Source: Paraspadella gotoi (taxonomy: Eukaryota; Animalia; Chaetognatha). From it: a stretch of DNA of 64,000 nucleotides. Below the pieces are notes generated by a model. It did no database searches. It saw only the letters and a program-made list of their open reading frames with translations, and had not been told where the DNA came from. A program made the position numbers and the translations under genes. Shown piece after piece: positions 28,040-40,911 of this stretch (positions within the stretch are counted from its first letter, which is position 1; each line of letters opens with the position of its first letter). The stretch lies in NCBI GenBank assembly GCA_051294375.1, contig CM119269.1, positions 16,513,818-16,577,817 of the forward strand, given 5' to 3'.

Positions 28040-28559
28040 ACTCCAGGAATTTGTTTAAATTATCGTCACGTTATATAAAATATAAAAGAACAAACCACGA
28101 CATACGCATATATTTAGTTAGCGGGGACTCATTTTTAACGAGACAGCATCGCAGTATATCGGCGCGTTTACTCTCGGCCAATGGGATTTGGAAGGGACGG
28201 GAGATAAGTTGATATGGGCGGGTTTTTCAAAAGTCACTTTGATCGCAAAAAAAAAATTCACAACATGAGTCTCACAAAAACAAAAAAAAGGCGACCCCTT
28301 TTTTAGGGCGACAACTGCGGAAGTCGCAGTAATGAAAACAACCAAAAAGAAAAGAACAATAAAGATCACAAGAAAGAGACAAAGGGAAAAATTGAAGCAG
28401 AATTTGAAAAAAAAAGGGAAAAAAAAGGAAAAAAATCCCTGAGGGCTGACTCACTTCTAATCATGGAAGAAATAGCACCTCCAGCACCTTTCGTTATCAA
28501 AACGATTTCGTTAGTACACGGTTTGGTTAGTATGGAGAGGGGAAAACCAGTTAGAGAGA
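28040..28559. repeat. Third copy of a 0.5-kb segment (direct repeat of about 26190-26710), probably an artefact
   Basis: Near-identical to 26190-26710 and the reverse complement of about 16570-17085; begins right after a 25-N gap. Confidence 0.85.
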
Positions 28560-30145
28560 NNNNNNNNNNNNNNNNNNNNNNNNNNNNNNNNNNNNNNNNN
28601 NNNNNNNNNNNNNNNNNNNNNNNNNNNNNNNNNNNNNNNNNNNNNNNNNNNNNNNNNNNNNNNNNNNNNNNNNNNNNNNNNNNNNNNNNNNNNNNNNNNN
28701 NNNNNNNNNNNNNNNNNNNNNNNNNNNNNNNNNNNNNNNNNNNNNNNNNNNNNNNNNNNNNNNNNNNNNNNNNNNNNNNNNNNNNNNNNNNNNNNNNNNN
28801 NNNNNNNNNNNNNNNNNNNNNNNNNNNNNNNNNNNNNNNNNNNNNNNNNNNNNNNNNNNNNNNNNNNNNNNNNNNNNNNNNNNNNNNNNNNNNNNNNNNN
28901 NNNNNNNNNNNNNNNNNNNNNNNNNNNNNNNNNNNNNNNNNNNNNNNNNNNNNNNNNNNNNNNNNNNNNNNNNNNNNNNNNNNNNNNNNNNNNNNNNNNN
29001 NNNNNNNNNNNNNNNNNNNNNNNNNNNNNNNNNNNNNNNNATGTCAAAAGGCTGGGGTTTTATCCGCATTTTGAAACAAGACTTTTTTCCCCGTGAAACG
29101 GAAACGACTGTATTTCGTATTTTCTTTTCCGATCTACAGTCGAACATGTTTATATCCCCAACTTTTGCCACATTCCCGCCTTCCAGTCCGTCGCGCGGAG
29201 CGACACTCATCATTCCTTTTCTTCCCTTTACGGCGCGAATTTCGTCGCGAATCGGGGAAGAAAGAAAAAAAAAATCAAAACAACAACAACAAAAAAGAAG
29301 CAAAAAAAAATAAATAAAAGAAACGACGAATCTGAACTTGGATATTGCAACGAGAAAAAGAGGCCAGTCCTCGTTTTTAAACGTAATGTTTTTGTTTTTT
29401 TTTATTTCTTGCGAACAATGGATTAATCGTGCGATTTCGATGCATCGCGAATCGAGACTCGTTGGCGATCGATACAGGGTCATCGTCATCTAAAACTCGG
29501 TTCCATTTAATAATCAGTTCGCCCGTGATCGATGCGCTTCGATTCCGATCGATTCGCCGCTTTTAATTCGGAACGCACTATGGCGCGTCGGCCCGAAACG
29601 AGAAAGGACGGATGGAAATCGCGGGGTTTTTTTGGTATATTTTATTAAATCATTCTCTCATTAGGATATATTTACCAAATAACCATTAATTATTTATTGC
29701 CGTGATTTTTCGTCCTCTCTCGCTTCCACCAAACCATTAGGTGTGCATCGCTACAGATAATCGAATAATTTTAATTTTATTTTTTTTGGGTGCAAATTTT
29801 GTTTGTAATTGAATTTACGACATTGATGCAACATCCACGACAGAACGTCCGTTCCCGAGTAATTATTATTATAAAATCGTTACTGAGGTAATTATCATTG
29901 TTATTATCGTTATTAATGAATCGAGGATGAAAAAAAGGACGGTTAATTTAAAACAACGAACGGGTTTTTTTTTTCTGCCAAATCAAAATGTTTGAACGAA
30001 CTCTATCTACGTTTGTACAAATCGTTTTTTTTTCCTTCTTACTAAGAGCTAAGATATTTCCACCATGTCCTTGGCCCCCTTCCTCTTACCCCCTTTTCCT
30101 TACCACCCAAGCTTACCCCCCGGACCGCACAATGCCGCCCCCCCC

Positions 30146-30307
30146 TCACCAATCTTGTTGCATCGGAGCTTTCCCGGTCCTTTGGAAGAGGATTTGCATG
30201 CTTGCATTCATTCGCCTGCTCCCGGCGCTACCCGTCCCGCCTCCGGGGGGGCCTCCGCCACCCCCGGCGCTGCCAGGACCTCCAGGACCGCCGGGTTGTC
30301 CAGGCAC
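30146..30307 (-). CDS. Shaw: Shaw exon, Gly/Pro-rich C-terminus ([17 protein letters not shown]..)
   Basis: tttttctcag| phase-0 acceptor; ends either at TGA (30146) or at the donor TG|gtgag (30150). Confidence 0.8.
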   Translation of the reverse strand: MPGQPGGPGGPGSAGGGGGPPGGGTGSAGSRRMNASMQILFQRTGKAPMQQDW

Positions 30308-31291
30308 CTGAGAAAAAAAGGGGGGGAGGCGTTGGGGCGGGCTGGTGTGTTAAATTGAGTTCGTGGGCGCCGTCGTATTTTCATAATAGTGCAATCATAT
30401 TTATTATTATTCATTCGTTCACAATATATACATTTTCGTGCTGGTTAGAAAAATCTTAATTCGATTTGGTGTCATTAGAATTAAAAAAAATTACCAGAAT
30501 TTCATTTCGAAAATATTTTTTTAAAAACCGTTTTTTTTTATAAAAATTGTTTTCGTGTCCTAATTATTTTTTTTTTTAAATTTGATACCGAAGAATTTAA
30601 AGTTAAATGTTATGTAAAAGTATTGTAAGTATTTAGTAATATATCTTTTAAAAGAAGGCTCAACATCATATTTCCGATTAAGAGGAAGAATGAGGCGTGC
30701 CTTCCACTTCCTCTCATTCCCTTCCATTCTCGTGCCATTCACTTCCATGCTTTCCTCTTCCAAGCTTTGCTTTCAAAGAGCTTCCAAGCTTTTTTCTTCC
30801 ATTTGTTACATTTTTTATGGAAAGGGAAGTCGGTTCGGCCTCGTCCCCGATCTTTTCAGCGGTGATAACGAGTATTTAAGTGCTTTAACTTTACCATTAT
30901 CATTTTTTATGGCTTTCGAGATGCGTCTCGTGCATCTCTATACATGTGTATTTTTTTTTAAATTTGCTCAAGTTATAATTATTTAAACTGGAAAAAATAA
31001 TGGAATTTGTTATTAGTGATGTACATTCAGTTTTTAATGAAATAATGAAAACGAAATAGATGAATTGCAGTTTAATTTAAAATGAAACGAACGAATTTAA
31101 ATATTAAAATTTTACCAAAAGCTTTTTTTATGTATTTATCAAATGATATTACCATTTAATTTGTTAGTAACTAACGACATTTCATTTCATTGAAGTTAAG
31201 CTTCTCAGTTTGTCTTTACATTTTTCCGACTCTTCCTTCAGTTTTCCTCACTCATCTTAATTTTCCGTCTTCGCCTTCAAAGATTGCTTTT

Positions 31292-31375
<84 letters not shown>

Positions 31376-33903
31376 TTCTTCACTTCCTTTCACTATTATC
31401 TTTATGTCCTCATTGATTTATTGTATTTCTTTTTTCTTTTTTTCTTTTTTAGTTTCAGGGGGTCTATCTTTTTAAGTTTTCTTTCTTTTTTTTCTTTTTT
31501 CCCTTTTTTTTATCTTTCCTTCTTTCTTTTACATTTTATTGTTTGTTTTTTTCTTCCTTTCTTTTTTATCATTATTATTTTCTATCCTACTCAATAATTT
31601 CTTTCTATTTTGTTCTTGCCTCCTCGCCATCAATATTACTTTCCATCCTTCTTTCTTGCACTTTTTTGCCTCCAACGTCTAAAGGCGCTTCCTCACAGAT
31701 GCCGGTCTTCCCTGTTTTTTATTGAATTTTTTATGGGAATCCTTCCTTCCTTTAATTAACCGATGCGACGTCGACGACAGCGACGACGACGACGACGACG
31801 AAGAAGGTAGGTCTGGCCTACATAGTTAATTCAGCAGGAACAGCGTTGAAGGTAAACGGGCGAGTTTGAGAAGATGTTTACCCATCGGCCGGTTGTAAAG
31901 TCGGAAACAGGGTAAGGTAAGTGGCGGCGACGGCGAGGTTAACGACGACGACGACGACGACGACAAGGACGACGATAAACGTCGGTCGTGCGATTCTTCC
32001 TCAACATAAAAAGTTGACAAGAGTTGGCAACCGACGTGACTCTTCGCCGAAGAAAAGGAACGTATTTCATTTAGATCGACGCAATTCGCAATTTAGATTT
32101 TATTTTTATTTATTGACATATATACATTTTCGTAAAAAAGTTTATTTTATTTAATTAGTTCATTCATACGTGCATTCATTCACTCATTCATTCATTTATC
32201 CAGTGAACCCATAATCCATCCATTCATCGATCGTTCATCGACTGACCTTTGGTCCTCTGATCCTCGGAGCCTCGACCGGAAGTACACGTCGACGCTTCTT
32301 AGGCAGCTGTCGATTTGGGGATTTGGAGATTTAGGGATTTTGGGATTCGGGGATTTGGGGATTTTGAGATTCGGGGAATAGGAGATTGAGGGATTTGAAG
32401 CGTTTAAAGATTTGGGTAAAACGGAAAAATATTTGTGATTGGGGAATTGAGATTGACGAGTCTGAGGCGAACGAGATATATAATTATTATAATTATTATA
32501 TTATAATTCTTATGATTATTATTATAATTATATATAACTTCCCCAAAAAAGGCTCATATATATTTTCTAGTTTTAATTTTCATTTCTTTTTTTTTTTTTT
32601 GTTGAAAAGAAAGAACCGACTTTTGTCTTTTTTAAAAAAAAAGATTCGAGTCTTTTTCGTCGAAAGTGATAAGGAAATCTCGCCTTTCCATTTCCCTTTC
32701 CTTCGAGAATTTCTTCCTTTTTTTTACTTCTCCTTTTCTTTTTCTTTTTTCCTCCTTTTTTATTTTCCCTTTTCATTTTCCGTTCTTTTATCCAATTTCG
32801 TCCATATCGCCGGAGGGGGGCGGTGCGGTGGCGACGGCGGCGGCGGGCGCGGTTTCGCATTGGCAGCCGTCGCGACTCTCTTCACCGACTTCGCTCCGCA
32901 GCCTCACAGTCGTTAAATCACGCGACTGTGAAAATTCTTCTGTCTCTTCGTCGCCGCTGAGCCGTTTCACAGCCTCTCTCTCACCTCAGTTTAACAAGCG
33001 GACTTTTCTCCAAACTCACTAAGATCAGTGATCAACTCGGCACTTTCCGTCTCTCACCTCCGTTCACCGATTCACCGGCCATTCAATCACCATCTCGCCC
33101 CCCCTCCTTTCACCTGCCCGTCTCGCAAATGCAGATGCAAAACAAAGGAGGCGCGACGTCAAATGAAATATTCAGGCCTAAACAGCGAAAATAACGCGAG
33201 AGAGAGAAAACAAAAATTCCCGGAGGAAAAACAAGACGCTGTCGTCTTGGTAACGGAGCCATATATCGGACTCAATTATACAATATATAAACATATACGC
33301 GTATAAGAATGTCAAAGTTAACATAGACGGAGTTAACGTCTTATAATCGATCATATTGTTGAACTCCTCAAAAAAAACCGTCCCCTTTCCAAATGGCCGC
33401 TGCCTCCCATTCTGACTTTCGCCGACCTTCGGACCAGCGATTCCCTTTTTTCCTTTTCGGCTCGCTTGGATTTTCGCTGCTTTTTCCTTTTTTCTTTTTT
33501 TTCCCTTTCTTTTTTTCGTTGGGGGGATTACGTTTTTCTTGTTCGGATATCTGTCATAACTTCATTTGTTCTTTTCTCTTCCTCCTCATTTTCCTTTCGT
33601 TATTTTTTTAATTTCTTCCTCGCTCCCCAAGTCTTTTCCCTTTTTTTCTCTCTCCTTTCCTCCTTTCTTTTCCTCCACCGACCTTGGAACGGGCTTGAGT
33701 GTGTGAGTAGAACAGAGCGAAATTACTGACGATAACAGGAACAGGTAGTGCTATTGTCAGCACCCCAGCAAGGGCGCAAAGAGCTCCGACGAACATTCCC
33801 ACGTAGGTTTTGGGAGCCATGTCTCCGTATCCTACCGTCGTCATTGTGACAATCGCCCACCAAAGACCTGAGGGTGAAGAGAAGAGAGAAGAGAGACAGA
33901 GAG

Positions 33904-33957
<54 letters not shown>

Positions 33958-34533
33958 GGAGAGAGGATAATAATAGCGTTGATTAAGAGAGTTCGGAATT
34001 CGGTAACTAATATTCGTAGTCGTCAGTCGTCGTAATTGACAATGTGTCGTCAGTCGTTATGTGTCTGATACAGTCGTCGTCGTTGGCGCGTCATCGCCGA
34101 ATCGTATTTACGTCTTCATTGTGTCGTCGTCGTAGACTCTACTTTTAAATCTTACTTACTTCCCAACACGCCAACAAAATTTTATTGAACCGCAAATACT
34201 GCTTACCCTCCAGGGTGAGGCAAAGAAAAAGATGGATCGGGGCGAGAATATCGAAACGAATCATCAAAGGGTTGTCGTCGCATGTGAAGAGAACCATTTC
34301 TCTATGCTATTAGCGGCCCCCCCGCCCCTCGCGCCCGACGCCTTCCGTTACGTAATCAGCAAAATCGCCTCGATTATTTTATCCGGATTTTTTTTTCTAT
34401 GCGAGGGCTACATGGGGCCGATTTATGGGCGGTCGTTCGCGGATACAAGAAGAGACGAGGTGTGAGAGAGAGAAGAGAAAAAGGAGGGGAAGAAAGAGAG
34501 AGAGAGAGAGAGAGAGTGGAGAGAGAGAGAAGA

Positions 34534-34569
<36 letters not shown>

Positions 34570-34854
34570 CGAAAGAGAGAGAGGAGAAGAGAGGAGAAGA
34601 GAGAAAGAGACGAGAGAGAGAGAGAGAAGAGAAATACAGACATATCATAGACAGACCGAACAATAGACAGATCGTAGAGAGAAGAGAGAGAAGAGAGAGA
34701 GAGAGAGAATACAATCATATCATAGACAAGCAGACGACCAGATAGACAGATCGTAGAGAGAAGAGAGAAGAGAGAGAGGAGAGAGAGAGAGAGAAGAGAG
34801 GAGGGGAGGGAGAAATACACCATATCATAGACAACCGATCAGATAGACAGATTC

Positions 34855-34893
<39 letters not shown>

Positions 34894-35445
34894 AATCAGC
34901 CATACCAGACAGACCGGAGAATAGACGCAAGATTAGAACAGCAAGATAGACTTCACAACAGGGATGGAATAGAATCGGTCTCTTTCAATTCTCCGTTACT
35001 TCGATTCGGCGGTAGTAATTAACGAGGCAAAGATGACGATTCCAGAACGAGAAAAAACACGAGCAGCGATAGTTCCTCGCGCGGCCTGTGCGGCGTCGGT
35101 GGGGGGGGGGGGGGGGGTTGGGGATGCGATTAAAAGTTGACATGAGAAATGAGATGCGACACAGTTTTGGATGAGAAATGGAGGATGCGAATTAAGTTTG
35201 GATGAGGGTGCGATTTACAGTTTGGATGAAAAATGAAGGATGCGATTAAAGTTTTGGAATGAAGGAGTGCGAATTACAGTTGGATGGAGAAATGAAGTCG
35301 ATTAAACGTTTGAGATGAGAAAATGAGGGATGACACGATTCATTTGGANNNNNNNNNNNNNNNNNNNNNNNNNTAAATATTCGTAGTCGTCGTCGTCGTA
35401 ATTGACAATGTGGTCGTCAGTCGTTATTGTTGTCGTTGTGGTCAA

Positions 35446-35480
<35 letters not shown>

Positions 35481-35842
35481 CGTGATTTACGTCTTCATTG
35501 TGGTCGTCGTCGTAGACGTCTACTTTTTAAATCTTACTTACTTCCCCAACCGCCAACAAAATGTTTATTGAACCGTACCAAATACGCCTTACCCTCCCAG
35601 GGTGAGGCAAAAGAACAAAGATGGATGGGGCGGAATTCAACCGAACTCATCAAGGGTTGTCGTCGCAGTGAAGAAAGAACCATTTGTCTCTATCTATTAC
35701 GGCCCCCCCGCCCCTCGCGCCCCCCTTCCGCTTACGTAATCAGCGAAAATCGCCTCCGATATTTTATCGGATTTTTTTTTTCTATGGCGAGGGCTAACAT
35801 GGGGCGTTTATGGGCGGTCGTCGCGCATACAGAGAAGGACGG

Positions 35843-35912
<70 letters not shown>

Positions 35913-37709
35913 CAGGCCATAACACAGACAGACCGAGAGATAGACAGCAAGATAGACAGCAAGATAGACTCACCAACAGGGATGGAATAGAAGTCGTTCT
36001 CTTCATTCTCCGTTATTCGTTCGGCGTAGTAAATTAACGAGGCAAAGATGACGATTCCCAGAACGAGAAAAAACACGAGCAGCGATAGTTCCCTCGCGCT
36101 GGCCTGCGGCGTCGGTGGGGGGGGGGGGGGGGGTTGGGGATGCGATAACAGTTTGGATCAGAAATGAGGATGCAATAACAGTTTGGATGAGAAATGAGGT
36201 TGCGATTAAAGTTTGAATGAGGATGCGAATACAGTTTGGATGAGAAATGAGGATGCGATTAAAGTTTGGNNNNNNNNNNNNNNNNNNNNNNNNNNNNNNN
36301 NNNNNNNNNNNNNNNNNNNNNNNNNNNNNNNNNNNNNNNNNNNNNNNNNNNNNNNNNNNNNNNNNNNNNNNNNNNNNNNNNNNNNNNNNNNNNNNNNNNN
36401 NNNNNNNNNNNNNNNNNNNNNNNNNNNNNNNNNNNNNNNNNNNNNNNNAGGATGCGATAACAGTTTGGATGAGAAATGAGTATGCGATAACAGTTTGGAT
36501 AGTAAACGAGGATGCGATTAAAGTTTTAATGGGGCTAAGATTAAAGATGGGATTCGGGTGCGATGAAAGTTGCGATTACGCAATGTTTTATGCGTTTAAC
36601 GCTATTTATTTGACTTCTTTCTTTCCCTTGAACCCCAATCTCGCCTTGAAGGTGTGGATGAGGATCTTGAGTCCGGGTGAGTGTCGGGTAAGTTTGAAGA
36701 GTCGCATGATGCGAATGATCGAGAAAAACTCGAGGATGTCGTTTTCGATCTTGAATTGTTTGAGGAAAAAGTCCAGGTAGAAGGACAGCGTCGCGACAAA
36801 GTCGATGATGTTGACGGGAGCTCGGACAAAGTCGAATTTGCTCGGCGAGACAACGAACCGGGTCAAGAGTTCGAAGGTGAACCTGTGGGGGGGAGGATGT
36901 GGGGTGGGTCGGGTGGTTGGGAGAGTTTTGGGGGGGTTAGGGGTAGGATAGGCAAGTGAAGTTAGGAGATGGGATAGATGGGCGGATTGAAGATGTGGCG
37001 CGGAAACGAAGAACTTCGAAGAATGAGCGAGAATACATAGAGAGTGATGGTAAACATTAAAAATGGAAAATGAAATTAGGACAAAGATTAATTTTTTTTT
37101 TTAATGTATGTAGGTTTGAAAAAAAAAGGATATCGATTCCCCGACAATGAAAACTAATAACTAATAACTGTCGTTTCGAAATATATATAGTCAATTAACT
37201 TGATCTGATCTTAGTAGTAAAGTCTCTCGAAATAATCGTCGTTGAATTCGGCATTACGTCTCCTCATTAAAATTCATCTTCTCCATCATCATCACCCATT
37301 CTCTCCATCATTCCTACCAATTTCTCTCCATTCTCCATCATTTATTCCCGGCGTCTCTATCAATAATAACCATCTTCTCCATCATTAAAGCCTCTATCGT
37401 CTCCATCATTGACCCATGGTTCATCAGGAGCCGATAATCCCCCGCCTCCCCATTATCTCTCTCCAGCCTCGATCCGAATCGTGGGGTCTTCCGCTGCTGA
37501 CCTCGTGACCTCCGCATTGATCCTCGCCGTCCGCCTCCATTTTAGGCCACGCCTCTTCGCGATAATCGAGTCGGCGTCTTCTTCGAATTTTTAAGCTTTT
37601 TTTTTCTCTCGGCGTCTTTCCCTTCGTTCGCCATTATCGTTGCTCACCCGTTAGAATTTTTGAGTTCGGATTCATTAGAACGGCTGATATAACTTACCCT
37701 TCGATATCT

Positions 37710-37798
<89 letters not shown>

Positions 37799-38853
37799 AA
37801 TCAATCAAATCACTGACTCGACCCATACCCCAGATTCAACAGATCTGTCGCAACTTTTCCCACACATATTTCCAGTTCTTTGCCCGTTTCCAACCTCCTT
37901 GTCCTTTTTTCCCCCNNNNNNNNNNNNNNNNNNNNNNNNNNNNNNNNNNNNNNNNNNNNNNNNNNNNNNNNNNNNNNNNNNNNNNNNNNNNNNNNNNNNN
38001 NNNNNNNNNNNNNNNNNNNNNNNNNNNNNNNNNNNNNNNNNNNNNNNNNNNNNNNNNNNNNNNNNNNNNNNNNNNNNNNNNNNNNNNNNNNNNNNNNNNN
38101 NNNNNNNNNNNNNNNNNNNNNNNNNNNNNNNNNNNNNNNNNNNNNNNNNNNNNNNNNNNNNNNNNNNNNNNNNNNNNNNNNNNNNNNNNNNNNNNNNNNN
38201 NNNNNNNNNNNNNNNNNNNNNNNNNNNNNNNNNNNNNNNCCCCGCCACCACCATCTGGTTCGGCCATTTCTCTTCATTTATCAGGTCCTTAGTACAATCG
38301 TTGGTCGGTAATAAATCGGAGTCGATCAGGACTTTGACCTCGACAAATCGCGGGAAGGCTCGGCTCTTTACCGCCCTCTTTCTCATCCCCCCCACCATCT
38401 CGCGACCCCCGCGACAACCACCAGATGTCGCGTCATAAACCATAATGTTTTGGCGGAAGATTCGATCGGCGCCAGAACGGTTGGCGCCCTCGGTTCCGGC
38501 GCCCAAATGGTCGTCGCCGTCTTCCGTCGGTCGACCGTTAATATATCTCGGGTTGAGAACCCCGATTGACGTCGGCGCGGCGGCGCTCTTTTCCGGCGCC
38601 ATCTATCCTCGTTCTCCGGAGAAAGCGAAAGGGGATTCCGATTCGCCGAGTAAAGGGGGAGAGGGGGGCGGGTCTCGTCTTTTGGCGCCAAAATTCGAAT
38701 CGAATCCGGAAACCGAATTCGTCGCGATTTGTTGTGACGGAGAGAAAAATTCAGTTTGATTGATGGAGTTGAGAAGAGACCGGGTTTCTCTCGGTGACTG
38801 GCGGGTCGGGGGATCGAATCCCGGGAGTACTTTGGGATGGAGAGAAAGAAGGA

Positions 38854-38941
<88 letters not shown>

Positions 38942-40472
38942 AACAATGAAAGAAAGAATAGAAAAGAAAAGAAAAGAGATAGAAAAAAAAAAAGAAAGCG
39001 CGCCAAGCAAGAAGCCAAACGCGAAAGCGAATACACAAGCAAACAGCCATCTTACCAAGCATTGCAGACGCATTCGACATAGAAAAAGGCCTCGTGCGGG
39101 ACGGAGTTGGAGTCCTTGGCGAGGGTCCAACTCGTTTCGTTTGGATTGAGTGAGTAGGTCGTGTTTTTGATTTGCGGGACCCGCATGTCGGGGTGGGTCT
39201 TGAGGCAGAAGGAGAGAATGGACACCACGATGAAGAACACCGACACCACGGCCACGACCTGAGTGGGTAATAGGAGTGGGTCAAAAGTGGGGTGGCGGGA
39301 AAGGGGGGGGGGAAAGGGTGGGAATTGAAAATGAGGAATGAACTTCCTAAAATACTATGATATGGATTTATATTTAGAAGCTGTTGTGAATATAGACTTA
39401 GTTTGACTTTTCCAATTTGTCAATCGATCTGTCCGTTTGTCGGTCGATCCCTCGACCACTCGAGGGATAAGGATACATTATGACAACAGCCGGATCGCCT
39501 GTTATGCCCATTGGGATGTGGCATCTCACTGCTGGCTTTGGGGGCTCATTGACGACTCCAGTCACTGGCGCGGTTACCCTAGGACGGTCTCGCTTTGCCA
39601 ACGCAGAGGGAATTCAACGCCTGGGATGGTGGGTTCCCCCTCTGAGCCAATGGTATTGGCTGAACGATGGTGGACTCGAGGCGGTGTGAATATGCCGCCA
39701 CAACATATTACATACGCAGAGACGACAGCGTTGTTAATGAAATTCTTTTTAAAACCGAATTCCGGAATATTCAAAAACTCCAAAGCCGAATTCCACTTCG
39801 GTACCGTATTAATTATACACCCCAATGCTTCCCCCTTCCCTCTCTCTCCCTTCTCTCTCTCTNNNNNNNNNNNNNNNNNNNNNNNNNNNNNNNNNNNNNN
39901 NNNNNNNNNNNNNNNNNNNNNNNNNNNNNNNNNNNNNNNNNNNNNNNNNNNNNNNNNNNNNNNNNNNNNNNNNNNNNNNNNNNNNNNNNNNNNNNNNNNN
40001 NNNNNNNNNNNNNNNNNNNNNNNNNNNNNNNNNNNNNNNNNNNNNNNNNNNNNNNNNNNNNNNNNNNNNNNNNNNNNNNNNNNNNNNNNNNNNNNNNNNN
40101 NNNNNNNNNNNNNNNNNNNNCTCTCTCCCTTCTCTCTCTCTCCCTTCTCTCTCTCTCCCTCGGCCGTCGCTTAGCAATTAGCGTTCTCTTTTAAAGGTCA
40201 ACGAAAAACGCTCTCGATAGAGGTCGCGTCAGGCGGTTATTATTCTTTCTTAATTTTTTAAAATTTTTTATATAATTGAACGTGATTTGATTTTTATTTC
40301 ATTTAATTGCTTTTCTTTTCATTCTCATTTTATTTTATCGAGTTTCATTTATTTTTATCCTCGGCTTCGATGACGATTTAAAAAAAAAATGTCTCGTCTT
40401 GCATCAAACTCGATTTCCTTCTGAGATCTTATCTTTATTGATTGTGATTTCTCTCCTTGTCTCTTCCGTCTT

Positions 40473-40546
<74 letters not shown>

Positions 40547-40842
40547 TTAGATCTCTTTCTACTTTTCTCTCATTCTCTATTTTTCTGTTTCCTTTTCTTC
40601 ACTCGAATATATTTCTCGTTTCAAAATCCCACGTCTTTATTATTATTGAACCCTGTTTATTTTCCCATTTTTTTTGGTTTTGTATCGGATTTTTTGTTTG
40701 TTTGTTTCTTTGCTTGTTTTTGTTTGTTTTTTTTTGTGTGTGTGTGTGTGTTTGTGTGTGGCGCAGATGACGATCACTTCTTGGCTCCCGCGCTTCTAGA
40801 TTGCAAACGAGAAAATTATTCAGGGCCCGAGAGAGGGAGAGG

Positions 40843-40911
<69 letters not shown>

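Noticed and set aside
32312-32398. Interstitial telomeric repeat
   Set aside because: The degenerate 8-bp unit does not match the TTAGG or TTAGGG periodicity.
32788-32970. Intronic minus-strand ORF as an alternative Shaw tail
   Set aside because: An in-frame stop lies just upstream and there is no good phase-0 acceptor.
34957-35085. Second copy of the Shaw S5 exon as a mutually exclusive exon
   Set aside because: It has multiple frameshifting indels and a damaged donor, the flanking intron is duplicated too, and it abuts a 25-N gap, so it looks like a noisy read copy.
36137-36525. CRISPR-like array
   Set aside because: Head-to-tail units with no unique spacers, a eukaryotic context and no cas genes.
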